NCBI GenBank assembly: GCA_016705365.1
Contig: JADIYI010000008.1
Location: forward strand, 767,700 to 831,699
Reading direction: 5' to 3'
Length of the DNA stretch: 64,000 nucleotides
From: Gammaproteobacteria bacterium
Lineage (GTDB): Bacteria; Pseudomonadota; Gammaproteobacteria; Pseudomonadales; UBA5518
The first letter of the stretch is position 1. Every line of letters begins with the position of its first letter. Position numbers and translations under genes: made by a program. Below are positions 40,963-50,439 of the stretch, piece after piece. The notes below the pieces were generated by a model. It searched no databases. It saw only the letters and a list, made by a program, of their open reading frames with translations, and had not been told where the DNA came from.

Positions 40963-41763
40963 ATGAATACACTTGTGTCCTTCGAGCCGTTGTGGCGTGC
41001 GACGGTGTTTTTCTCGGTGCTCGCTTTGCTGCTCATATGGGAGCGCCGGGCCGGGCTGCGAACTGCGCGTCCCGCACGCGCCTATCTGCCAAACATCCTG
41101 CTGTTTCTGACCAATACCGTCGTGACCCGCATTGTCAGCGTCTATGCCCTGCTAGGTGTCAGTCTTTATGGCTCCGCCAACGATATCGGATTGCTGCGCT
41201 CGCTCGGCGCCTCATCGTGGATCGGCTTCCTGCCCGCGATAGTGGCGCTGGACCTCGGTGTATATGCGCAGCACCGGTTGTTTCATCGCGTGGTTTGGTT
41301 GTGGCGTCTGCATGCGGTGCATCACTCGGACACCTGGTTCGATGCCAGTACGGGGCTGCGCTTTCATCTGCTGGAGGCGCTCGTTTCGCTGGCGGTCAAG
41401 GCGGCGCTGGTGCTTGCGATTGGTGCCTCACCGGCCGCAACGCTCGGCTTTGAAGTGTTGCTGAGTAGCGCGTCGTTGTTCAGTCACGCCAATACCCGCT
41501 TGCCCGCGGGCCTGGAGACGGCGTTGCGCAGGGTGCTGGTCACGCCGGACATGCACCGGATACATCATTCGGCGCGCAGCGACGAGCATCACCGCAATTT
41601 CGGCTTTCTGCTCTCCTGCTGGGACCGGTGGCTGGGATCCTACCTGGCCCGCTCGCGCGGAGATCCCGTGCGAATGGATATCGGGCTCGAGAGTTTTCGA
41701 GCTCCCGGGCAGCAGACTTTCGCGGCGCTGATGACCCAGCCCTTGCATGAGGCGCCGCGCTGA
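40963..41763 (+). CDS. Fatty acid hydroxylase / sterol desaturase family membrane di-iron enzyme
   Basis: Three His boxes are present: HRLFH, HAVHH and HRIHH. The protein is polytopic. The start was trimmed to the ATG at 40963. Confidence 0.88.
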   Translation: MNTLVSFEPLWRATVFFSVLALLLIWERRAGLRTARPARAYLPNILLFLTNTVVTRIVSVYALLGVSLYGSANDIGLLRSLGASSWIGFLPAIVALDLGVYAQHRLFHRVVWLWRLHAVHHSDTWFDASTGLRFHLLEALVSLAVKAALVLAIGASPAATLGFEVLLSSASLFSHANTRLPAGLETALRRVLVTPDMHRIHHSARSDEHHRNFGFLLSCWDRWLGSYLARSRGDPVRMDIGLESFRAPGQQTFAALMTQPLHEAPR

Positions 41764-41784
41764 ATGCCGCGTCCGCACGCTGCG

Positions 41785-42480
41785 TCATTCTCGGTGTTCT
41801 TCGGCAAGCAGGGTACGGATATCGTTGGCCACCGTATCGGCGTGCAAAAACGACGTGCTGTAGATGTTGCGGATACGCATATCGCGGTCGATCAGATATA
41901 CCCGCAACAGATGCGACATGGTGCCGAGATAGTTGCCATCGGCGTCGTAGTCGCGGATCACCCACTGGTTGTAGGCTGCGAGCACCGGCGCCAACGCCTG
42001 CGGTGAGGGGCTGGTCAGGAACTGCCAGTCGAATCCGGGGCTCAGGAAGTGGCTGCTGTACTCACGCAGACGAGCCGGGGTGTCGTACTGTGGATCGAAG
42101 CTGAAACTGATCAGCCGCACCCGGTCCTCGAGGTCCGCCGAGTGGCGCACCTGCTCCTGCACGATTCGCAGGACGGAGCTGGCGAGTGGGCAGCCGTTCA
42201 CATCGCTGCAACTGGTGTAGATGAAGCTGAGTAACACGATCCTGTCGCCGAGAAAATCGTGGATGCGGCGCGACTTTCCCTGGCTGTCCAGCACTTCGGC
42301 ATCGGCTGCGGTGCCCATCGGTGGCAGGGTGTAGGAGCCCGCGGCGGGAAGCGCGAAGCCGAGCGCGGAATAACCCGGCGCCAGTTGCGGCGGCTTTTCG
42401 TGTTGCTGATGCTGCGCTGCGAGCGGAGTGCTCAGCAGCGCAGCAAGCACAGTGCCGGTCAGACCCGGCAGTCGACCCAC
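41785..42480 (-). CDS. SCO1/SenC-family thioredoxin-fold copper chaperone-like protein
   Basis: GTG start 3 nt after the mtoX stop, with a signal peptide. The redox/copper motif reads FIYTSCSDVNGCP (C-x5-C rather than the usual CxxxC), and a distal His is in MSHLLRVYLID. Confidence 0.8.
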   Translation of the reverse strand: MGRLPGLTGTVLAALLSTPLAAQHQQHEKPPQLAPGYSALGFALPAAGSYTLPPMGTAADAEVLDSQGKSRRIHDFLGDRIVLLSFIYTSCSDVNGCPLASSVLRIVQEQVRHSADLEDRVRLISFSFDPQYDTPARLREYSSHFLSPGFDWQFLTSPSPQALAPVLAAYNQWVIRDYDADGNYLGTMSHLLRVYLIDRDMRIRNIYSTSFLHADTVANDIRTLLAEEHRE

Positions 42481-42483
42481 GGG

Positions 42484-43809
42484 CTAGCTCTTTGCGGGCG
42501 GGTGCTTGCCGTACAGTGCATACGCACCGAAGCGCATCTGGTGTGGAGCACCATACCCCTCCTTGATGAAGTCGATGCTGAAGGCAGGCTTCAGTGTGCT
42601 GCCATCCCAGGAAAACAGTTTGAAGAACTGCAGGTCGGCACCGCTCGGCTCCTTTTTGTCCCAGTTCGCCAGCAGGGAGGAGGTGAAGTACACCCGCTTG
42701 CCATCCCAGCTTTGGGAAACCATGTTGAGCTGCTCGCCGATGCGCTGCTCGAATATCTGGGTGGGAGCATGCGGATCGGAGATATCGAACAGCCGTGTGG
42801 TACCGTCGTTCCAGGTGTTGACCCACAACTGCTGATCATTCGCGCTGATCGATATATCGACCGGCAGCGGAATTTTCGCGGCATCTCCGACATCGGCCAC
42901 TTCTGTTGCATGCCAGCCGTCGTCTTCCTCGTGGATCAGCCAGATCTTCGAGGTCAACGCGGTGGAGGTGAAGCAGAAATTGCTGCTCGTGCCCCACGCA
43001 CAGCGGATTTCGAGCGGTGCGCCGGGTACGTCGAGGATGGTTTTCGGCTGGCGCGCCTGCAGATCCCAGACAACCACGGTGTTGCCGAAGCGCTTCATGG
43101 CTTCGGCGTCACCCATCATCTGTCCGAGGTTCATCATGTAATTGTTCCAGCCGGTGAACGACGAAGTGACCATGACATTGCGCCGTGGCAACGCACGCAG
43201 GTCATAACCGTAGCCGTCGGCGAAATTTCCGGTCTTGGTCGCGCCGAGCAGGTTGTCATCGGTTGGCATCCACAGCGTGCGCAGGTATTCGCCGTCATTG
43301 GTGTATTCCACCATCCCGGTGCGCCCGCCATGATCCCGGTTGTTCGAAAGACCGGTCAGCATCATGCGCCCGGGAAGCGCATAACTCGTGTGGGGTCCGA
43401 CCACGCCGCCGGAGCGGCTGACAAAGTCATCGATCTGCTTGTGCAAACGTGGCTTGGCGGGGTCGGTGGCGATATCGAAAATGAATATCTTGCTGGTATC
43501 GAGGGTGCTGGCCCACAGAAAACGCCGATCATCGGTAAGGCCGGAGTGGTGTGCCTCGTTGCGACCACCGACGGACAATGAATTGACGATCTTGCCGTAA
43601 TCCGCTGCCGCGGGATTCACCGAGACCGTGACCAGCTTGTCCTGCCCGTCACCGACGCCCTCCATTCCAAGGGTCCAGACATAGACGAAATCTTCCTGCC
43701 CGACGATCTTTGCCATGTACGGAGACATGCAGGTTTCGTCGCCACGCGCGACGCCGGCAAAGCCGATCACGAGTGCTGCGAGCACAACTACCAGTCGATT
43801 GCGGGACAT
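42484..43809 (-). CDS. mtoX: Selenium-binding protein 56 family: methanethiol oxidase
   Basis: 441 aa with a signal peptide and a GGAGG RBS. SBP56 blocks seen: YGKIV..L.VG..NE.HH.G, GPHT, GYGYD, WGTSSNF, WDGKR.Y.T.SL. The SCO and MauG-like neighbours fit the described mtoX context. Confidence 0.85.
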   Translation of the reverse strand: MSRNRLVVVLAALVIGFAGVARGDETCMSPYMAKIVGQEDFVYVWTLGMEGVGDGQDKLVTVSVNPAAADYGKIVNSLSVGGRNEAHHSGLTDDRRFLWASTLDTSKIFIFDIATDPAKPRLHKQIDDFVSRSGGVVGPHTSYALPGRMMLTGLSNNRDHGGRTGMVEYTNDGEYLRTLWMPTDDNLLGATKTGNFADGYGYDLRALPRRNVMVTSSFTGWNNYMMNLGQMMGDAEAMKRFGNTVVVWDLQARQPKTILDVPGAPLEIRCAWGTSSNFCFTSTALTSKIWLIHEEDDGWHATEVADVGDAAKIPLPVDISISANDQQLWVNTWNDGTTRLFDISDPHAPTQIFEQRIGEQLNMVSQSWDGKRVYFTSSLLANWDKKEPSGADLQFFKLFSWDGSTLKPAFSIDFIKEGYGAPHQMRFGAYALYGKHPPAKS

Positions 43810-43876
43810 GAGACACCTCCGGTCAAACGATAGCGGGTTATTATCCTACCACCCTTGTCGGAGATTATGACCACAC

Positions 43877-45097
43877 ATGTTGTCCGGATTGCTTGTCGTG
43901 CTCTTGCTCTGCATCCAGTCGCAAGGGCTGATCGCGCAGGAATTGAGAGCCGGTGACAGCCGTGCCGGTTATGAACGCGAGGATTTTGTCACCAGTTCGC
44001 AGCGCCTCGACACGATGCGCGTGCGCCCGGTGGATCTTTACCAGCTTGCCGTGAACCCCCCGCTGGGATTGCCGCCGTTTCCCGCAGAGGTGCCTGACCC
44101 GGCGGTGATCGACCTCGGGCGCAGACTTTTCTTCGATCGCCGCCTGTCTGCCAATGGCACGCTGTCGTGTGCGATGTGCCATATCCCCGAGCAGGGCTTT
44201 GCGCAGAATGAGCTGGCAACCCCGGTAGGTTTCGAGGGGCGCATGGTGCGACGCAATGCGCCCTCGCTCTATAACGTGGCCTACCGAGCACAGCTGTTTC
44301 ACGATGGTCGCGAAACCGGCCTCGAAGAGCAGATCTGGTTTCCCCTGCTGGCGGCCAATGAAATGGGCAATCGCAGCGAACAGCAGGTGCTGGAGCGGAT
44401 CGGGTCGATACCGGTATATGAACAGCAGTTCCGTGCGGCATTTGGTGGCGCTATCTCGCGCCGCACGCTCGGGCGTGCGCTGGCCGGTTACCAGCGCGTA
44501 TTGCTGGCGGCGGACTCGCCCTTCGATCGCTGGTTTTTCGGTGGTGAGCAGGATGCGCTCGGCGCGGATGCGAAGCGCGGATTCGATGTGTTCAGGAACC
44601 GCGGGTGCAGCGACTGTCATCTGGTTGGCAAGGATGCCGCGCTGTTCAGCGACGGGCTGTTTCACGATACCGGTATCGCCTATCGCGAAGCGCGCGAGGG
44701 CGATGCCATACGGCGATTGCAGCTGGCGCCGGGAGTGGTGATCGATGTGAACACCGATGTGCTGCGCCCGCGCCCCTCCGACCTCGGCCGGATGGAGGTC
44801 ACCGCCGATGTTGCTGACCGCTGGCGCTACCGCACACCCACCCTGAGAAACATCGCACTGACCGCGCCTTACATGCACAATGGATCGCTGCCGGATCTGC
44901 GCGCAGTACTCGAGTATTACGCGGCGGGAGGCGCGCCGCATGCCGGACAGGATGCGAGGATTCGCCCGCTGCAACTGCGCGCCGGCGAGATAGACGAGCT
45001 GCTGGCATTCCTGGATGCGCTGAGCGCTTCCAACGTGGCAGCGCTCGCCGCGGATGCGCGCAGCGTGGAGATCGGAGATTTCCGCGTTCTGCGATAG
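43877..45097 (+). CDS. Di-haem cytochrome c peroxidase / MauG family protein
   Basis: Two CxxCH haem motifs (CAMCH, CSDCH). The FFD.RLS..G..SCA.CH, RNAPSL.N and TPTLRNIALTAPYMHNGS blocks are present. Confidence 0.9.
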   Translation: MLSGLLVVLLLCIQSQGLIAQELRAGDSRAGYEREDFVTSSQRLDTMRVRPVDLYQLAVNPPLGLPPFPAEVPDPAVIDLGRRLFFDRRLSANGTLSCAMCHIPEQGFAQNELATPVGFEGRMVRRNAPSLYNVAYRAQLFHDGRETGLEEQIWFPLLAANEMGNRSEQQVLERIGSIPVYEQQFRAAFGGAISRRTLGRALAGYQRVLLAADSPFDRWFFGGEQDALGADAKRGFDVFRNRGCSDCHLVGKDAALFSDGLFHDTGIAYREAREGDAIRRLQLAPGVVIDVNTDVLRPRPSDLGRMEVTADVADRWRYRTPTLRNIALTAPYMHNGSLPDLRAVLEYYAAGGAPHAGQDARIRPLQLRAGEIDELLAFLDALSASNVAALAADARSVEIGDFRVLR

Positions 45098-45260
45098 GGC
45101 GTGGCGCATGGTTGCGCGCGAGGCGCGTAAGCTGTCCACGGCGCCACGCTCAGGGCCCGCGATAATCGCGGCGCCTCGCTGGATGAACGGCTGCCGGGTG
45201 CGCCGGGAAAAGCCGGATCGACCCTGCGCACACCGGCGCAATACCGTTGATCGGCGCCCG

Positions 45261-46613
45261 TCAAACCACCTCGGTTCGATTGCGGCCCTTGTGCTTGGCG
45301 CGATAGAGCGCGCTGTCCGCGCGGCAGACGAGCTCCTCGAGCGAGTCGCCGCTCGCGAGTTCGGTACAGCCGATCGATACCGTTACCCGCAGCTCATCCT
45401 CGAGTTCCGCGAAACACTCGCGAGCGATTCGTTGCCGGATTTTTTCGGAGATGAGTTGCGCGCCGGCGCGATCGGTATCGGGAAGCAGTACCAGGAACTC
45501 CTCGCCGCCCCATCGCGCCACGCAGTCCCGGCTGCGCAGGCAGGAGCGGGTGACGCGGATCAGGCGTTTCAGGACCCGGTCGCCGACGCTGTGACCAAGG
45601 CGGTCATTGATGCTCTTGAAATGGTCGAGGTCGACGAACAGCAATGACAGGCCGGTGCCGGGCGCTCCTCGCCGCTCGATCTCGCGTTCCGCCTGCTCGG
45701 TGAAGGCCCTGCGATTCAATGCGCCGGTGAGCGTGTCGCGGCGGATCAGCCGCTCGGCCTTGCGTTGCTGCACCCGGATGAGACGTTCGAAATTGGAGAA
45801 CGATAGCGCCAGGAATCCGATCAGCAGGCTCACGATCTGTGCGATCGATACGACGAGAACCACAGAGCGCAGATCGGTCGCTCCGAGGCTGAGCTTCATG
45901 ATTGCGATGCCGGTCAGGTAGGGAGCGAGCAGGATCGCGTACAGGTAGCGTCGCGCGATCGCGCTTGCCCGAGTGGGTCCCAGCAATGCGCGGAAGAAGC
46001 CGCGATAAACCGTGGCCAGTCCTGCCGCCACGCACAGCGGCAGCAGCATGAACACGTTCGTGAATGACATTTGCACCTGGCTGTCTGGAGCTCCGATCGT
46101 CTTGGCGGCCAAGGCCGTCAGAGGCAGCCCGAACGCAATCACTGCCAGGGTCTGTGACTGCAGCGCGTTGCGAAAATCGCGCAGCAACAGTGACAGCGAA
46201 ACCAGCAGCAGGCACAGCCGCACGGTCTCCGAATTCATCACGCTTGCCGATGGAGCGCCTGGCAGCAGTTCGAGCAGTCCGGGTATATCCCCGGTTTCAT
46301 CGCTCCAGCCGAGCCCGACCGCAACGATGGCGAGTACGCCGAGCAAGGTAATGTTGATCGGCATCCGCAGCCGGTTGGCACCGAGCAGTTGGCAGCTCGA
46401 CAACAACACGACACAGACTGCCACCCAGGGTTGTGGCGTTACCCTTCCGGCAATCGGGGCGAGTATCGAGGGAAATTCGAAGTACCAGGATGCCAGCACG
46501 GTCATGCCTGTAAACAGGCTGAATGCCGCCATCAGGATACCCAGCCGCGAGGCGCGGCGCAGCAGTCCCGAAGGGGTGGATGCAGATGAATGTCCACGGT
46601 TGGCCGCGTACAC
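45261..46613 (-). CDS. Membrane-anchored diguanylate cyclase (GGDEF)
   Basis: The N-terminal about 270 aa are polytopic. The C-terminal GGDEF domain has an active-site GGEEF and an I-site RSRD five residues upstream, plus DxLTGxxNRR as DTLTGALNRR. Confidence 0.9.
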   Translation of the reverse strand: MYAANRGHSSASTPSGLLRRASRLGILMAAFSLFTGMTVLASWYFEFPSILAPIAGRVTPQPWVAVCVVLLSSCQLLGANRLRMPINITLLGVLAIVAVGLGWSDETGDIPGLLELLPGAPSASVMNSETVRLCLLLVSLSLLLRDFRNALQSQTLAVIAFGLPLTALAAKTIGAPDSQVQMSFTNVFMLLPLCVAAGLATVYRGFFRALLGPTRASAIARRYLYAILLAPYLTGIAIMKLSLGATDLRSVVLVVSIAQIVSLLIGFLALSFSNFERLIRVQQRKAERLIRRDTLTGALNRRAFTEQAEREIERRGAPGTGLSLLFVDLDHFKSINDRLGHSVGDRVLKRLIRVTRSCLRSRDCVARWGGEEFLVLLPDTDRAGAQLISEKIRQRIARECFAELEDELRVTVSIGCTELASGDSLEELVCRADSALYRAKHKGRNRTEVV

Positions 46614-46866
46614 ATTGCCTCTCTTGAGCGCGTCGGGCAGGGTCGCCTTGCGGCGCGCTTTTCAATCAGCCGGACCTCGTTTATACGCCAGCCTGCGCCG
46701 GGTTTCCGTGCTCCGGCTCACGGATTCCGCCCAGCGATGCGCGAATCGTCGGCTGAAGCTGCCGCAAATCCCCTTGTTTCAACGATACGCGGTTCCGGTT
46801 GACTCGGTTAATATCCGTATCTTCGCGCTGATTGCGCTTTGGGTATCGGGAGAGGAGCAGCAAGCG

Positions 46867-47634
46867 GTGAGTGACAGGGTGGCATTGGTGATGGGTGGTG
46901 GCGCGGGTACCGGGCGCGCGACGGCGTTGGCCTTTGCGCGCGAAGGCGCGCGCGTGGTGGTTGCGGACATCAACGAGAAGGGTGCGCAGAAGACCCTGGC
47001 GCTGGTGCGTGACTCCGGTGGCAACGGCATCGCGATCCAGGCGGATATGTCGCGCTCTGCCGATATCCGCGGCGTGATCGCCGCCACGCGCGAAACCTTT
47101 GGTGCGCTGCACTGGGTGTCGAACAATGCGGCACGCGCCCCGGACAACAAGTCGGTAACAGAGCTTGCCGAGGATGAATGGGATAGTTGCATGAGCGTGA
47201 CGCTGCGTGGCGTGTGGTTGTGCATGAAACACCAGTTGCCGCTGATCGAGGCCTCGGGAGGCGGTGCGATCGTGAATGTGGCCTCGCTGTCGGGGATGCG
47301 CGGCGATGCGCACCAGGCGGCATACGCGGCGGCCAAGGGCGGCGTACTGGCGCTCAGCAAATCGGTGGCCAGCGAATACGCTCGCCGCGGGGTGCGCGTC
47401 AACACCGTTTGTCCCGGGGGCATCAACAGCAAGGGCATGGATTTCTTCCTGAAGAGCATGCCGGAGCTGCGCGAGAAGACCCTGAATATCCATGCGATGG
47501 GCCGTCTCGCCGAGCCGCAGGAGATCGCCGACGCGGTGGTCTACCTGTGTTCCGATCGTGCGAGCTTCATCACCGGCCATGACCTGGTGGTGGATGGTGG
47601 CGTACTGGTTCGCTCCAATGTGATCGATCTGTAG
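46867..47634 (+). CDS. Short-chain dehydrogenase/reductase (SDR)
   Basis: GTG start after GGAGAGGAG. Cofactor loop GGGAGTGRA, NNAA, and catalytic S...YAAAK. Only the last 255 codons of the 540-aa ORF call are credible. Confidence 0.88.
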   Translation: MSDRVALVMGGGAGTGRATALAFAREGARVVVADINEKGAQKTLALVRDSGGNGIAIQADMSRSADIRGVIAATRETFGALHWVSNNAARAPDNKSVTELAEDEWDSCMSVTLRGVWLCMKHQLPLIEASGGGAIVNVASLSGMRGDAHQAAYAAAKGGVLALSKSVASEYARRGVRVNTVCPGGINSKGMDFFLKSMPELREKTLNIHAMGRLAEPQEIADAVVYLCSDRASFITGHDLVVDGGVLVRSNVIDL

Positions 47635-47649
47635 ACGGATGGAGCAACG

Positions 47650-49257
47650 ATGAACAAGCTGGTTTTCGACAACATCCATGACCGTCATATCGGGCGTGCG
47701 ATCCGCATGCAGGCAGAGCAGAACGGCGACACCCGATTTCTGGTGTTCGACCGCACCGTGTATACCTTCGACCAGGCCAATTCAAGGGTCAACGAACTGG
47801 CCGCCGGCCTGCGCAAGCTCGGTATCGAGCGGGGCGACCGCGTGGTGTTCTACATGTCGAGCGCGCCGGAAGTGATGTTCCTGGTGCTCGCGGTGAACAA
47901 GCTCGGTGCGATCTGGGTCCCGGTCAACAGCGATTACAAGGGTGCCTGGCTCGAGGACACCATCAACCGCGGGCGCGCGAAGTTGCTGGTCACGGATACC
48001 AGTCATGCCGAGCGCGTGGCCGCTGTACATGCGAGCCTTCAGGTCGCGCATATCGCGGTGCTCGGTGATCCCGCCTGCCTTCCCGGCGCGCTGCCCTTCG
48101 AGGCGCTCTATGCGCCGTCGCCGGGCGAGCCGGATCTGAGTGGGTTCGACTATGGCGATACCTGCGCGGTGTTGTGGACATCCGGCACCACCGGGCGCTC
48201 GAAGGGCGTGATGCAGAGCCACAATGTGTGGTTTCAGGCCGCCCTCGACGGTGATGTGATGTACCACACCCGCGCCGGTGACGTGGTCTACAACGTGATG
48301 CCGATGTACAACTCCGGCGCCTGGGCCACCTCGCTGTTCCGCAGTCTTTTTTGTGGCGTCACGCTGGCGGTGGATCCGGCGTTCTCGGTAACGAGCTTCT
48401 GGGATCGGGTGCGCTTCTACGGCGCGACGCAATCTTTCACGATCGGCGCCATGCACATGTTTTTGTGGAACGCCCCGCCACGGGCTGACGATGCCGACAA
48501 TCCCCTGCGCGAACTGCAGGCGGTGCCGATGCCGACCGATATCAAGGAGCCGTTCAGCAAGCGATTCGGGGTGCGGGTGCTCGGGCAGGGCATGTCACAG
48601 AGCGAAGCAATGATCATGCTGCGCCAGGATCAGCGGCTGCGTTCCTCCTGGCCGCCCGGCAGTTGCGGCAACCCGGTGGAGGGGATGGACATGAAGCTGG
48701 TCGACGAGGCGGGCCAGGAGGTCGGCGTCGGCAATCCCGGCGAGTTGTGGGTGAGGCCGCAGCGCCCTTTCATGATCTTCAACGGCTATTTCGATGACGC
48801 CGAGGCGACCGCGAATGCATTCTCCGGCGCGTGGTATCACACCGGTGACATGCTGCGCCGGGATGCCGAGGACAATTATTTCTTTGTCGATCGCAAGAAA
48901 GACGCGGTACGCTACAAGGGCCGCAACATCTCGAGCTACGAAGTCGAGCTGGTTGCGCGCCGCCACCCCGCAATTGCCGATTGCGCGGCTTTCGGCATAC
49001 CTTCGGAGGAACTCCAGCACGAGGACGAGATCAAGCTGAACGTGGTGCTGCGGCCCGATGCCGTGGTCGAGGCGCGCGATATCGCGCAGTACATCAACGA
49101 TAACGCCCCTTATTTCTTCGTGCCGCGCTATATCGAATTCGTCGAGGAACTGCCGTACACGCCCAATCAGAAGATCCAGAAGTACCGGCTGCGTGAAGCA
49201 GGCATCGGTCCGAACACCTGGGACGCGCGCAGGGCGGGGTTCAAGAGCGAGCGCTGA
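47650..49257 (+). CDS. AMP-dependent acyl-CoA synthetase/ligase
   Basis: AMP-binding motif WTSGTTGRSKGV. Later blocks YHTGD, DRKKD..R..G.NIS and the C-terminal P.N.KIQK are present. Confidence 0.9.
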   Translation: MNKLVFDNIHDRHIGRAIRMQAEQNGDTRFLVFDRTVYTFDQANSRVNELAAGLRKLGIERGDRVVFYMSSAPEVMFLVLAVNKLGAIWVPVNSDYKGAWLEDTINRGRAKLLVTDTSHAERVAAVHASLQVAHIAVLGDPACLPGALPFEALYAPSPGEPDLSGFDYGDTCAVLWTSGTTGRSKGVMQSHNVWFQAALDGDVMYHTRAGDVVYNVMPMYNSGAWATSLFRSLFCGVTLAVDPAFSVTSFWDRVRFYGATQSFTIGAMHMFLWNAPPRADDADNPLRELQAVPMPTDIKEPFSKRFGVRVLGQGMSQSEAMIMLRQDQRLRSSWPPGSCGNPVEGMDMKLVDEAGQEVGVGNPGELWVRPQRPFMIFNGYFDDAEATANAFSGAWYHTGDMLRRDAEDNYFFVDRKKDAVRYKGRNISSYEVELVARRHPAIADCAAFGIPSEELQHEDEIKLNVVLRPDAVVEARDIAQYINDNAPYFFVPRYIEFVEELPYTPNQKIQKYRLREAGIGPNTWDARRAGFKSER

Positions 49258-49338
49258 GTCATCGATGGCCGCCGCGAACCGCATTTTCCGCGCCACGTCG
49301 CTGAAAATTCCGCCTGAAAGCAATACACTGCCATCCCG

Positions 49339-50430
49339 TTGAGCAACCGGATATCGAGCGTGCGCGCCTACTTGATCGTCATTGTTCTGCTGCTTGCGAT
49401 ATTCGGGTCCATTGGGGGCTATCAGTATGTGCGTTTCAGCAAGCTGGCCAATGCGGATTTTTCGCCGCCGCCGGTGACCATCGCGGCGGCGCTCGCAACC
49501 CGCGAAACCTGGGGCCATCACCTGGATGCGGTCGGCACCATCAAGGCCGTGCGCGGGGTCAATCTTGGTGCGGAAACCAGCGGCCAGATTACCGCGCTGA
49601 ATTTCGATTCCGGTGACACGGTCGAGGCCGGCAAGCTGTTGCTGGTGCTCAACGACGATGTGGAGCAGGCCAGCCGCCAGAACGAGATTGCCACGCTGAA
49701 CCTGGCGAAAATCCTCTACGAGCGCGATCTCAAGCTCATTGCGCAGAAATCCATTGCCCAGACCCAGTTCGATCGCAGCCGGGCCGACCTCGAGCGCGCG
49801 CGGGCGCAGCTTGCGGAAACCGAGGCGCGTATCCGCAACAAGCGGATCTTTGCCCCGTTTGCCGGCCGCATCGGTATTCGCCGCGTCGATCTCGGTGATT
49901 ACATAGCCCCCGGCACAATGATCGCCTCGTTGCAGGATCTGTCGCGGCTCGATGTGGATTTCACGTTGCCCGCACGCTATGCGTCGCAGCTCCATCCCGG
50001 TCTTGCGATCGCGTTGCAGGTGGATGCGTTTCCGGACCGCGTGTTCGCCGCCGAACTCCAGGCGCTCGATACCAGTGTCGACCCGGGCACGCGCAACCTG
50101 CTGCTGCGTGCGCGCGTGCTCGAACCCGGGGAGTTGTTGCCCGGCATGTTCGCCACGCTGCAGCTCGATCTCGGCGCGCAGACGAGCGTGGTCACCGTGC
50201 CCGAAACCGCGGTCACCTATTCGCTGCAGGGCGACACGGTGTTCGTGATCGAGAACCACCCGGATGGAGGTCTCGCCGCGGTCTCGCGCATCGTCAAGGC
50301 AGGAGAGACCCGGAACGGGCGCACCGAGCTGCTGGCGGGGTTGCAGGAGGGCGAGCGGGTCGCGACCGTCGGGCAGAACAAGCTCTATCGCGGCGTGAAA
50401 GTGCTGATCGATGACACGGTCGATATCTGA
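49339..50430 (+). CDS. RND efflux periplasmic adaptor (membrane fusion protein)
   Basis: TTG start and an N-terminal TM helix. The lipoyl/hairpin pattern (G.V..L.F..GD.V..G.LL..LD; coiled A.L..A.A.L..AE) and I.APF.G..G fit the family. Confidence 0.88.
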   Translation: MSNRISSVRAYLIVIVLLLAIFGSIGGYQYVRFSKLANADFSPPPVTIAAALATRETWGHHLDAVGTIKAVRGVNLGAETSGQITALNFDSGDTVEAGKLLLVLNDDVEQASRQNEIATLNLAKILYERDLKLIAQKSIAQTQFDRSRADLERARAQLAETEARIRNKRIFAPFAGRIGIRRVDLGDYIAPGTMIASLQDLSRLDVDFTLPARYASQLHPGLAIALQVDAFPDRVFAAELQALDTSVDPGTRNLLLRARVLEPGELLPGMFATLQLDLGAQTSVVTVPETAVTYSLQGDTVFVIENHPDGGLAAVSRIVKAGETRNGRTELLAGLQEGERVATVGQNKLYRGVKVLIDDTVDI

Positions 50431-50439
50431 GGTTCACCG

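Noticed and set aside
40251-41036. Ser/Ala-rich minus-strand ORFs (261 and 233 aa) opposite the acidic-repeat lipoprotein gene
   Set aside because: They are mirror images of the GAT/GCN repeat. The plus-strand ORF has a signal peptide and lipobox, whereas the minus-strand ORFs have no start context or export signal.
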